From Octopus bimaculoides (Eukaryota), in contig NC_068984.1 of assembly GCF_001194135.2 (NCBI RefSeq), positions 116,951,098 through 117,015,097 on the forward strand: 64,000 nucleotides of DNA, given 5' to 3'. The notes beneath the pieces were generated by a model, which saw nothing but the letters and a program-made list of their open reading frames with translations, ran no database searches and was not told where the DNA came from. Shown here piece by piece: positions 13,331-24,902 of the stretch. The translations under genes and the position numbers were made by a program. The stretch's first letter is position 1. Each line of letters opens with the position of its first letter.

Positions 13331-13994
13331 NNNNNNNNNNNNNNNNNNNNNNNNNNNNNNNNNNNNNNNNNNNNNNNNNNNNNNNNNNNNNNNNNNNNNN
13401 NNNNNNNNNNNNNNNNNNNNNNNNNNNNNNNNNNNNNNNNNNNNNNNNNNNNNNNNNNNNNNNNNNNNNNNNNNNNNNNNNNNNNNNNNNNNNNNNNNNN
13501 NNNNNNNNNNNNNNNNNNNNNNNNNNNNNNNNNNNNNNNNNNNNNNNNNNNNNNNNNNNNNNNNNNNNNNNNNNNNNNNNNNNNNNNNNNNNNNNNNNNN
13601 NNNNNNNNNNNNNNNNNNNNNNNNNNNNNNNNNNNNNNNNNNNNNNNNNNNNNNNNNNNNNNNNNNNNNNNNNNNNNNNNNNNNNNNNNNNNNNNNNNNN
13701 NNNNNNNNNNNNNNNNNNNNNNNNNNNNNNNNNNNNNNNNNNNNNNNNNNNNNNNNNNNNNNNNNNNNNNNNNNNNNNNNNNNNNNNNNNNNNNNNNNNN
13801 NNNNNNNNNNNNNNNNNNNNNNNNNNNNNNNTGTAACTTGACTGTTAGAGATTTTCAAGGGTTTTACATGAAGCTAAACAATCATAATAATAGTAATAAA
13901 AGTTAACTTGGTATAATTTAGTTGCTTAGAATGAATTTCATCTAATATAATAAAGGTGAGTGACAATGTGTCACATTTTTTCAACTTTAATAAA

Positions 13995-14210
13995 TCCTTT
14001 CTACTGGAAGCACAAGGCCTCAAATTTTGGGAGAAGAGATTAAGTTGATTACATCGAGCCCAGTATGTAACTGGTACTAATTTTATCAACCCCGAAAGAA
14101 TAAAGGCAAAGTCAACCTCGGCGAAATTTGAACTCAAGACCTAATGGCAAATGAAATACCACTTAGCATTTTGCCCGGTGTGCTAATGATTTTGCCAGCT
14201 CACCGCCTTA
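13995..14210 (-). mobile_element. tRNA SINE with Meta-domain-like core (family C)
   Basis: Minus strand GAGTTCAAATT B-box followed by GAGGTTGACTTTGCCTTTATTCTTTCGGGGTTGATAAAATTAGTACCAG, resembling the MetaSINE/Sauria central domain as I recall it. Confidence 0.75.
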
Positions 14211-14687
14211 ATATAATATAACAATATAATATAATAAATGTGAATGTCAGCGTGTCACACTTTTTCAACTTTACGCCTTGAGGCTGTAACCCAACATATC
14301 ATACCATTTTGGAACCTAGCTGACTCCACGAGTAAATTAAAAACATTCCGGGCTGATACACAACTTTTTGTGACAAATTCTTTTGTACGATAACAATTTT
14401 TATAATCTAAAGGCTAACTGTGTGAGTAAATTAAAAACATTGCAGGCCGAATTCTGACTTGCAATCTTGAAATTTTAGATTTCTATGTTTGCATTACTGA
14501 AATTGTTTTCAGTGATTTTTCNNNNNNNNNNTACTAGCGTAAATGCCACCCTATAGCTTTTAAGCTAGTTATGAATATACACTTCTCTCTCTCATGCAAA
14601 AAAACCAAAAAAAGAAACAGACAAGCCCTATACCCCCAAAGTCAAGGAATTGTTGGAATATAATTTATAGGTGTAGGAGTGGCTGTG

Positions 14688-15070
14688 TGGTAAGTAGTTT
14701 GCTTACCAACCACATGGTTCTGGGTTCAGTCCCATTGCATGGCACCTTGGGCAAGTGTCTTCTACTATAGCCTCGAGCGAACCAAGGCCTTGTGAGTGGA
14801 TTTAGTAGACGGAAACTGAAAGAAGCCCGTTGCATATATATATATGTGTGTGTATCTGTGTTTGTCCCTCCGACATCGCTTGACAACCGATGGTGGTGTG
14901 TTTATGTCCCCGTAACTTAGCGGTTCGGCAAAAGAGACTGATAGAATAAGTACTAGGCTTCCAAAAAGAATAAGTCCTAGGGTCGATTTGCTTGACTAAA
15001 GGTGGTGCTCCAGCATGGCCGCAGTCAAATGACTGAAACAAGTAAAAGAGTAAAGAGTAAAAGAGTGACT
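14688..15070 (+). mobile_element. Full-length SINE family A
   Basis: A box TGGCTGTGTGG, B box GGTTCAGTCCC, CORE-like ccttgggcaagtg, internal microsatellite, (AAAGAGT)n tail. Confidence 0.92.
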
Positions 15071-15084
15071 GTTATAGATATAGT

Positions 15085-15240
15085 CACAGGTATAGCTGTG
15101 TAGTAAGAAGCTTACTTCCCAACCACATGGTTTTGGGTTCAGTCCCACTGCGTGGCACCTTGGGCAAGTGTCTTTTATTATAGTCTCAGCTGACCAAAGC
15201 CTTGTGAGTGGATTTAATAGATGGAAACTGAAAGAAGCCT
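15085..15240 (+). mobile_element. SINE family A 5' half directly after preceding copy
   Basis: Head and core match. Confidence 0.8.
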
Positions 15241-15487
15241 GATGCCAAGCCAGCAAAGGGAAGTTGATGACTTCGCCTGTTCAAAAGTTTATGGACGCAA
15301 GTTTGTTCATCGTATAGCTAGCTAGAGGTGATTGCCTCTTGGGGCTAATCAACAACAGCATTTGTCCTATTTCTCTAGATTGCCACATTAATTTGGCAAG
15401 AAATATTAATACCTAGTACTGCTGCTGTATCTGTCCTTTAGAGAGGTTTAGAAATTATAACATTTCTATATATATATATATATATAT

Positions 15488-15655
15488 AAAGAACACAGAA
15501 CATCAAGACAGTTAGGTGATACAGGAAAGGGACAAAACATTCAGATAAACGATACAAAGAAAACACGGACATGTCATTCGGAGTTTTCTCTCTTCAGTCG
15601 AGATCCAGATTATCTTTGCAATTTCGGCTGGTTATTCTCGATATTGCTCCAATCT
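15488..15655 (-). mobile_element. (TA)n-adjacent element end with degenerate hammerhead-like core
   Basis: Minus strand CTGAAGA-GAGAAAACTC-CGAATGACATGTC about 80 nt from (TA)n; other end in gap. Confidence 0.45.
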
Positions 15656-16139
15656 NNNNNNNNNNCACACACACACACACACCACATACACATATATTTG
15701 TGTGTTTGCCCCCCCCCCCCATTGCTCGATGACCAATGCAGGTGTGTTTATATCCTTGTAACTCAGCAGTTCAGCGAAAGAGACCCATGGAGTAAGTACT
15801 AGACCAACAAAGACTAAGTCCTGGGGTTGATTTCTTCAACTAAAATCCATTAAGGTGGTGTTCCAGCATGGCCACGGCCAAGTGACTGAAACAAGTAGAA
15901 GAATATGTTAAATTTTTTAATAAGCTGTATAGTTTCTTTTGATATTTTACACCATACTTGCTCTGCAGTCCTGTTTCAACTATGTAAGTGGTTCTATTTG
16001 CCTGTTCATTTTCATAAAGTGAGATATGTAAAAGCATGGTAGTTCTTCAAAGGAGGATTAACAAGTGTGCTTTCCTGTATGGTGGTTGCCACAATTATAG
16101 TTGCTAACTTTAGAGAATAACTAGTATTACAAGATCCTG

Positions 16140-16900
16140 GATTGTAATAATAATAATAATAATAATCCTTTCTACTATAGACACAAGGCCTGACATTTTG
16201 GGGGAGGGGGCAAGTTGGTTAAATCAACCCCAGTGTGTAACTGGTATTTATTTCACCAACCCTAAAAGGATGAAAGGCAAATTCAACCTCGGCAGAATTT
16301 GAACTCAGAATGTGGTGACAAATGAAATACCACTAAGCATTTTACCTGGCATGCTAACGATTCTGTCAGCTTGCTTCCTTGAGCCAGCTAATAATATTAA
16401 TAATAATAATCCTTTCTACTATTGGCACAAGGCCTGAAATTTTGGGAGAGAGGGCTAGTTGATTTTATAGACCCCCAGTACTCTACTAATACTTATTTAT
16501 TGATTCTGAAAAGGGCGAGAGGTAAAGTTAACATTGGCTGGATTTGAACTCGGAACGTGAAGATGGACGAAATGTTACTAAGCAGTTTGTCAGGTGTGAT
16601 AAAAAATCAATCAGCTCACCGCCTTAATAATAGTAATAATGGTTTCAAATTTTGGTGCAGGGTCAGCAGTTTTTGAGAGGAGGTGTGGAGTTAATTACAT
16701 CAATCCCAGAATTTATTTGACCGTTACTTATTTTATTGATCCTGAATGGATGAGAGGCAAAGTTGACCTCAGCAGAATTTGGGCTCCAAGTAATAATAAT
16801 AATAACAATAATAATAATCATAATAACCCTTTCTGTTATAGGCACATTACCTGAAATTTGGGGGAAGGGGACTAGTTGCTTACTGGATGCTCTTTCTAAT
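16140..16900 (-). mobile_element. Stack of family C (Meta-like) SINEs separated by (AAT)n
   Basis: Copies at ~16140-16380, 16400-16630, 16640-16790 and a tail fragment ~16810-16900, all same orientation. Confidence 0.85.
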
Positions 16901-17080
16901 ACCAATCACCTTAAACTGTGTGCTTGGTACCACCAGCACCAGTGAAGTTGCCATGCAGCTTCCAAAACTACAAACCTTGTGAAAGACAGATTTATGCTAG
17001 GAGATGAGAGGTTTACATACATACAAATAAAAGATTGCATATATGTACATGTTTATACATGCATGCCCCCCCCCCACACA

Positions 17081-17176
17081 CACACACAGCTATCTATCTG
17101 TCTACACACACAGCTATCTATCTGTCTACACACACAGCTATCTATCTGTCTACGCACACAGCTATCTATCTGTCTA
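17081..17176. repeat. 24-bp minisatellite x4
   Basis: Unit cacacacagctatctatctgtcta. Confidence 0.95.
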
Positions 17177-18254
17177 CACACACTCATGCAACACACACAC
17201 GTTGTTTGATTTTACATGGCTTTTTTTTTCATGCTGTTATGAATTAGACACATATTTGGAGGTACTCTTTTAGAGATGGGTGCCCTGTATATCACTAATT
17301 CTACCCTGTTTTTGAAGTAAGAGATCTCTTATTTTACAGATCTTTGAATGCACAGAGCCAGCAGATTAATCTGTAGACTGGAAATGGCAGCAATGTCGCA
17401 GCTTGTAGCTCAGTTTTCAGAGAGGTGCAAATATTCACAAACATGAACACATAACTATAAATTATCTGTATGTATATGTATCTATGTGTGCATGCACATG
17501 CATGCTTGCACAAGCACCCATGCACACACACATGCTCGATTGTACAAACAAGACATAGAACCCCCTATGCAAATGTAGAAAATATGAAACTTTTATTAAC
17601 TGTAAAACTACCTAAGTGGCTGCTGCAGGAGTGATAGTTTGTGTGTTATATATGTTTATAAACATTGATATATTTATTAAAATCTCCTGAGAAACAGCAT
17701 TGATTTATTATTTTTCTAACAGTTTTAACAAATGAATCAATGTGTGTATATATACAACACACACACATGTACAGTGGCCTACAAAAACTTCATAGTCAGA
17801 GTAATAAAATGCAAGGATAATTTAACTTGTAATAACTCCATGAATAATTATCTTGAATATACGAGTTTGTCTCAGTGTTTTATTGTCCCTCCTGTACTTA
17901 ATATGGTTTTCACATGATTAAGCATGGATTTGATTAAATTATAAACGCCAGACTAATCCATATTCAGCTACTTTTCCAGCTCTTCAGTTGCTGTTACTTT
18001 CAATGATTTTTCTCTCACCCATATAACATGATGTTTTCATATCTGTTCTGTTGTATTAAAACTGGGATTTGAGTAACCTGTTTCAGAGACTGGGGTCTGT
18101 GTGTTCTTTACCAAGCATGAGATCTCTTTCTTGCTTGTACAGCATGAAGCTCCTCTTCGTGAGAAAGAGTGGTCTTCTTGCAAATTCCTGCATTGGAATA
18201 AATGATTAGTAGATTCCTTTCAAGTATTTGGTAGTGTTTTGGGTTATATACGCT

Positions 18255-18472
18255 TTACTCTCTCTTTTACTGTTTTACTTGTTTCAGTCTTTTGACTGTG
18301 GCCATGCTGGAGCACCGCCTTTAGTCGAGCATATCGATCCCAGGACTTATTCTTTGTAAGCCTAGTACTTATTCTATCGGTCTCTTTTGCCGAACCGCTA
18401 AGCTACGGGGACGTAAACACATCAGCATCAGTTGTCAAGCGATGTTGGGGGGACAAACACATATATACACAC

Positions 18473-18506
<34 letters not shown>

Positions 18507-19540
18507 TTCTATCCCCCCCTCATTCTTCTCTTTACTGTTCTTCGCCGCTACCTGTCACTACTTCTCTCTCTCTCTCTCTCTATCTCTTGTTACTCGTCCT
18601 TCGCCTCTCACCGTTACTACTACTACTATCTCTCTCTCTCTCTCTCTCTCTACCTCTCGTTGCTCACTTTTATTCTACTTCCTCCCCTCCTTTTCCCTCT
18701 GCTACTCTTTCTCTTCACACAGCCTTGGTCACGTGTGTCCGGCTGCTATTTNNNNNNNNNNNNNNNNNNNNNNNNNNNNNNNNNNNNNNNNNNNNNNNNN
18801 NNNNNNNNNNNNNNNNNNNNNNNNNNNNNNNNNNNNNNNNNNNNNNNNNNNNNNNNNNNNNNNNNNNNNNNNNNNNNNNNNNNNNNNNNNNNNNNNNNNN
18901 NNNNNNNNNNNNNNNNNNNNNNNNNNNNNNNNNNNNNNNNNNNNNNNNNNNNNNNNNNNNNNNNNNNNNNNNNNNNNNNNNNNNNNNNNNNNNNNNNNNN
19001 NNNNNNNNNNNNNNNNNNNNNNNNNNNNNNNNNNNNNNNNNNNNNNNNNNNNNNNNNNNNNNNNNNNNNNNNNNNNNNNNNNNNNNNNNNNNNNNNNNNN
19101 NNNNNNNNNNNNNNNNNNNNNNNNNNNNNNNNNNNNNNNNNNNNNNNNNNNNNNNNNNNNNNNNNNNNNNNNNNNNNNNNNNNNNNNNNNNNNNNNNNNN
19201 NNNNNNNNNNNNNNNNNNNNNNNNNNNNNNNNNNNNNNNNNNNNNNNNNNNNNNNNNNNNNNNNNNNNNNNNNNNNNNNNNNNNNNNNNNNNNNNNNNNN
19301 NNNNNNNNNNNNNNNNNNNCATACATATATATGCATATACTCATATATTGTTTATATATATGTATATACATATATACGACGAGCTTCTTTTCAGTTTCCA
19401 TCTACCAAATCCACTCACAAGGCTTTGGTCGGCTCGAGGCTATAGTAGAAGACAGTTGCCCAAGATGCCACGCAGTGGGACTGAACCCGGAACTATGTGG
19501 TTGGTAAGCAAGCTACTTACCACACAATCACTCCTACGCC
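18255..19540 (-). mobile_element. SINE family A split by a CT-rich insert and a gap in its internal microsatellite
   Basis: 3' half 18255-18500, 5' half 19375-19540, collinear. Confidence 0.8.
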
Positions 19541-19559
19541 TGCCAACAAAAATGAGCTC

Positions 19560-19930
19560 TGATTAGCCTGCCACCCTAGCAGATCCCTCTCCATTCAATC
19601 CATAATTCCATATCCTTCATGTTTAATAGTTCTTTGGAAATGGTCTTATTCAAATGTTTCAGTTTTACTGTGTCATATTTTTGACTTAAATAAGAAAACT
19701 TGCAGAGTTTACTTTCATCAGACCGTATTATTGATGACTAAATCTTGTCATTTCTGTTTCAGAACTCTAGTTCTGTTGAATGTTTTTGATTTTATTAGCT
19801 TTTGGAATCCTTGGTCTGTTTCTTGCAACTCTTCATTCATATCCACAGTCTTTCAGTACTGTCCTTATCTCAAACAGTGACATATCCAGAGAATTTGCAA
19901 TGTCTGTAACAAATTTTCATTGAACAGCTG
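19560..19930 (-). pseudogene. Tc1-like transposase relic
   Basis: Minus strand VTDIANSLDMS..GYE*RVAR..PRIPKANK, SDESK and RTIKHEGYGIM motifs. Confidence 0.7.
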
Positions 19931-20077
19931 CTATGCTAGGGTACTGCTTTATTGACATAGTTAAAATTACTCCCCAAACACAGTTAGATTCATATAAGTC
20001 CCTGCAAAGAAGAGAAAACTGTTTAAGTAGAAAAAAAATTGAAAAACCAACAGGTGACTAAAAACTTTCCATAGGTC

Positions 20078-20134
<57 letters not shown>

Positions 20135-20240
20135 NNNNNNNNNNNNNNNNNNNNNNNNNNNNNNNNNNNNNNNNNNNNNNNNNNNNNNNNNNNNNNNNNN
20201 NNNNNNNNNNATATATATATATATATATATATATATAAAC

Positions 20241-20607
20241 GTGGAGGCGCAATGACCCAGTGGTTAGGGCAGCGGACTCGTGGTTTCAATTCCCAGACCA
20301 GGCGTTGTGAGTGTGTATTGAGCGAAAGCACCTAAAGTTCCACGAGGCTCTGGCAGGGGATGGTGGCGAACCCTACTGCACTCTTTCACCACAACTTTCT
20401 CTCAATCTTTCTTCCTGTTTCTGTTGTGCCTGTAATTCAAAGGGCCAGCCTTGTCACACTGTGTCACATTGAATCTCCCCGAGAACGACGTTAAGGGTAC
20501 ACATGTCTGTGGAGTGCTCAGCCACTTGCACGTTAATTTCACGAGCAGGCTGTTCCGTTGATTGGATCAACTGGAACCCTCGACGTTGTAAGTGATGGAG
20601 TGCCAAC
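20241..20607 (+). mobile_element. tRNA-derived SINE family B (Arg-like head)
   Basis: GGAGGCGCAATGACCCAGTGGTTAGGGCAGCGGACTCG head; matches 26351-26711 and 33428-33735; may correspond to described octopus OR-type SINEs (unverified). Confidence 0.88.
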
Positions 20608-21160
20608 AATATATATAAACACACATGCACACACACACAAACAGAATCATGATGATAATCATTTAATGGTCACTTTTCTGTGCTTGTTTAGTGGGACTGA
20701 GTTTATATGAAGCAGATTTTCTAGTCAGGTGCCCTTCCTGCTGACAACCCTCACCTGTTTTTAAGCAAGCTAATGTTTCTCCATGGCCAAACATGATCTT
20801 GCTGAATATTGGAAATGAATGACACTGCTAATGTGCTAGTGACCATCACTTACAGCTAACACATGATGACAAGTACACACAAACGTACATGTATGTATGA
20901 TGAGTTTCTTTAAAATTTCCACCTACCAGATCCTTTCACAAAGCTTTGGTTGCTTGAAGCTATAAAGGATGGTCCTTCCTCAAAGATGCCACATGATGGG
21001 ATTGAACTTAGAACCATCTGGTTCGAAAGCAAACTTTCTACTGCACAGCCACACCTGCATCTGTAATCATACATACAGTATATAAACCTTTTTCAGGTAG
21101 CTGCAACCTAATTGCATCTCACAATTTGTCCCCTGTCAGTTTTTGCAGATCCCCAGTTAC

Positions 21161-21206
<46 letters not shown>

Positions 21207-21399
21207 TCTTATTTACGCTTATTCACTAGTATGTATATATTCACAGATAAACATCCATATGAATGCATATACTTCTATATATGTGTGTGTATATATATGT
21301 ATATGTATACGTGTACATGTGCATTTATGTGTCTGTATATATATCTGTGTGTATATATATATATATATATATATGTGTATATATATTTGTATATCATCA

Positions 21400-21590
21400 T
21401 CATCGTCATCATCATCATTTAACATCCGTTGTCCATACTGACATGAGTTGGACGGTTTGACCAGGCTAGCAGGCTGGAAAGCTGCACCAGACCCCAGTCT
21501 GATTTGGCCTGGTTTTCTACGACTGGATGCCCTTCCTAACACGAACCACTCCGAGAGTATAATGGGTGGGTTTACGTGCCACCAGCACTA
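21400..21590 (-). mobile_element. Family G repeat 3' part
   Basis: (CAT)n tail, ctggatgcccttcctaac motif. Confidence 0.75.
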
Positions 21591-21818
21591 TTATCATTAT
21601 TATGAGGGCCCCTGACCTAGTGGCACTCATGATCTAGTGATCATGATTTCAAATCCTAGACTGGGTGGTGCATTGTTTTCTTGAGCAAAGCACTTCATCT
21701 CCTGTTGCTCTATGGTCACTTTGACACCTGAAGCGTGGTACACTGTGCACCTGTTCAGACACTCACAATTTGATGGAGACAGTGAGCTTATGCTGTGCAC
21801 AAGCATTTGATCACTATA

Positions 21819-21856
<38 letters not shown>

Positions 21857-21866
21857 NNNNNNNNNN

Positions 21867-21894
<28 letters not shown>

Positions 21895-21898
<4 letters not shown>

Positions 21899-22388
21899 TC
21901 ATCATCATCATCGTATAACCTCTGCTTTCCTTGCTGGCATGGGTTGGAAGGTTTGACTGGTGGCTGACAAGCTAGAAGACTCTACCAGGCCTCAATCTGA
22001 TCTGGCAAAGTTTCTACCCGTGGATCCTATTCCTAATGCCAACCACTCCGAGAGTGTAGTGAGTGCTATTTACATGCCTTTAGTACAGGACCAGTCACCC
22101 AGCACTTGTATCAACCACGCTCGAACGATGCTTTTTACGTGCCACCGGCACAGGAGCCAGTCAGGCGGCACTGGCAACGATCACGCTCGAATGGTGCTTT
22201 TAACGTGCCACTGGCACAGGTGCCAATCAGGCAGTACTGTCATCGGCCACAACAATTTCACTTGACTCAACAGGTCTTTGCAAGCGCAGTTTATTGCCCA
22301 ATGATTGAAGGGTACTCTTAAATGGGTCGATTATGCTGCCCTGGTATAGGCCACATTTACGGTCTCACTTGACTTGCCTGGTTTTCTC
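21895..22388 (-). mobile_element. Long family G repeat with internal ~67-bp tandem units
   Basis: Tail at 21895; three tttacgtgccac..cacgctcgaa-type units at 22060-22250; runs into gap. Confidence 0.75.
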
Positions 22389-23146
22389 NNNNNNNNNNNN
22401 NNNNNNNNNNNNNNNNNNNNNNNNNNNNNNNNNNNNNNNNNNNNNNNNNNNNNNNNNNNNNNNNNNNNNNNNNNNNNNNNNNNNNNNNNNNNNNNNNNNN
22501 NNNNNNNNNNNNNNNNNNNNNNNNNNNNNNNNNNNNNNNNNNNNNNNNNNNNNNNNNNNNNNNNNNNNNNNNNNNNNNNNNNNNNNNNNNNNNNNNNNNN
22601 NNNNNNNNNNNNNNNNNNNNNNNNNNNNNNNNNNNNNNNNNNNNNNNNNNNNNNNNNNNNNNNNNNNNNNNNNNNNNNNNNNNNNNNNNNNNNNNNNNNN
22701 NNNNNNNNNNNNNNNNNNNNNNNNNNNNNNNNNNNNNNNNNNNNNNNNNNNNNNNNNNNNNNNNNNNNNNNNNNNNNNNNNNNNNNNNNNNNNNNNNNNN
22801 NNNNNNNNNNNNNNNNNNNNNNNNNNNNNNNNNNNNNNNNNNNNNNNNNNNNNNNNNNNNNNNNNNNNNNNNNNNNNNNNNNNNNNNNNNNNNNNNNNNN
22901 NNNNNNNNNNNNNNNNNNNNNNNNNNNNNNNNNNNNNNNNNNNNNNNNNNNNNNNNNNNNNNNNNNNNNNNNNNNNNNNNNNNNNNNNNNNNNNNNNNNN
23001 NNNNNNNNNNNNNNNNNNNNNNNNNNNNNNNNNNNNNNNNNNNNNNNNNNNNNNNNNNNNNNNNNNNNNNNNNNNNNNNNNNNNNNNNNNNNNNNNNNNN
23101 NNNNNNNNNNNNNNNNNNNNNNNNNNNNNNNNNNNNNNNNNNNNNN

Positions 23147-23185
<39 letters not shown>

Positions 23186-23209
23186 ATCTAGTTATATATA
23201 AAAGAGAAA

Positions 23210-23540
23210 AAAACTTGGATTGGAATCTGGATTACAATACTGAGTCATAATTTTTCTTACAGGAAGAAAAAAATTTAAAAGCATAAAAGATCAAATTATC
23301 GGGAGAATAAAAAAAACCCATAACTACCTCACCAAGGAAACAAAGAAAAAATAAAAAGGCGATAAAGCAGGAGAAGATGGGACGGGAGGGTGTAACCGGG
23401 TGTACACCCCAGAACAAATGTATTTAGCGGCGTCTCGCAGATGTGATTGCAAAGGCGTTGCTGCGGAGAATGGCCAGCGACACTCGCAGCAGCCCCCCTG
23501 CCTTGCTGGCTTCGTCAGATGTCTTTAAACTGTATAGCTG
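23210..23540 (-). mobile_element. 3' end of CRE-like (RLE) non-LTR retrotransposon
   Basis: Minus strand ..GLLRVSLAILRSNAFAITSARRR* resembles the RISxALQRGNA C-terminal motif; followed by T-rich 3' UTR. Confidence 0.5.
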
Positions 23541-24580
23541 TGTTAACCCCTACACTATAGCGGCCTCACAACTTTGACCGCCCAAAATTTGAAAACGTAA
23601 CGTTAAGTAGCTACGATTTACACTTGACAGCAGGTTTGTCAGCGGGAACCGCAGTCCTACAATTTTAAGATACGATCCATCTGTCTGTCTCATATAGAAG
23701 ACAGTGTTGGGGATCGGAGTGTGTCATATCACTGAGGAAGTGAACTTAAGAGTATTTAGTTTATTGAAACTGAATTCAACAGTGTGTGTGTGTGTGTGTG
23801 CATGTTTGTCTGTACACTCACTTCCACACATACATGGTTCACTAGGTTGAAAAGCAGCATAGTGTATAAAATGAGAGATGGGAATACGAAATATGAGGTT
23901 AATAATTCTTCTTAAACTCAATTTATTTCTTGTCTGATCTATTTGACATATGTGCTTGCTTATCTTACAGCCATTTTTACTTTTCTTTTCTTTATTTTTT
24001 CCCCACTGACAGCTGCGGGGTACGAGTGACTAACTATTGCAAAATGAACAAAAGTTAGTTAATAATGGAAATAGTGGAATAAGATATAGTTTAGCAGGCA
24101 TAAACTAACATTCGCTCGAAATATGAATATATATTGGAATCTCTCCATGTTGTGTCATACTGTACAACCTAACTGCTCTGGTAAGGCGCCTAGCTTTCTA
24201 GTTAGACCATAGAAATCTTGATCGTTAAGTCGTAGGCTTGTTTTCCGTTTTGGGAAGCTTATTATACATTTGCGGGTGAAACAGTTTAGTTCTCGTTGTT
24301 ATAAGTTCACTCAGCTAAAATTTTGCCTTTCTAATACTTCTTGTCAGTTTACGCTCTGACTGGAAGCTGTTGCTTTAGGACCGAAAACGCTTTTGTTTTT
24401 GACCTTATGCATTATGTGTCTCCGTAGTTAAAAAAAAAAGAAGTTAGAAACCGTAGATGTCCTCGTGGATTGTTCAGCAGCTAATCAGTCTTGAGGTTTA
24501 TTGGGTTTGGCCCTGCCATCCATGTTGCCTTATGCGTGTGTCTACGACGCTTTACTGTCATTGGGTCAGTCCACCTAAAT

Positions 24581-24902
24581 CAGCAGGTCTCAACCCGAGT
24601 CCATATAAGATTTTTAGGGGTCCATGCAATAAAATAATAAATAAGGGATCCAAAATACTATTTTAAGAGCCCCTGAAACAATTTTGCTTTAGATTATGTA
24701 CTGCAAGAAACAGCTAAGTTTTGCTTTTCTCTACCATTTTACATAGTTCAACCTACACAAATTAATGTGTGAAAAGCAAAATAGGAATTTTGAAACAAGT
24801 ATTTCTATAACTAGTTTTTAAACATCGAATGGCAATGGGGGTCCACTAGAATAAAATAGTCAAACGGTCCATAAATAAAAAAAAAATGGTTGAGAACCCT
24901 TG
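24581..24902. mobile_element. hAT (Charlie-like) MITE
   Basis: TIRs cagcaggtctcaacc / ggttgagaacccttg; imperfect 8-bp TSD acctaaat/accttaaa. Confidence 0.8.

Noticed and set aside
14329-14441. 18-bp direct repeat gagtaaattaaaaacatt
   Set aside because: Two copies only; possibly transposon terminal remnants but not classifiable
18093-18190. Minus-strand exon-like segment (GICKKTTLSHEEELHAVQARKRSHAW or alternative frames)
   Set aside because: Weak donor, ambiguous frame, no recognisable homology
20241-20310. tRNA-like sequences at SINE heads
   Set aside because: No complete cloverleaf; contiguous with multi-copy SINE bodies
4837-23250. Long ORFs made mostly of X, and YIYI/CVCV/HTHT ORFs throughout
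   Set aside because: Produced by N gaps and dinucleotide microsatellites
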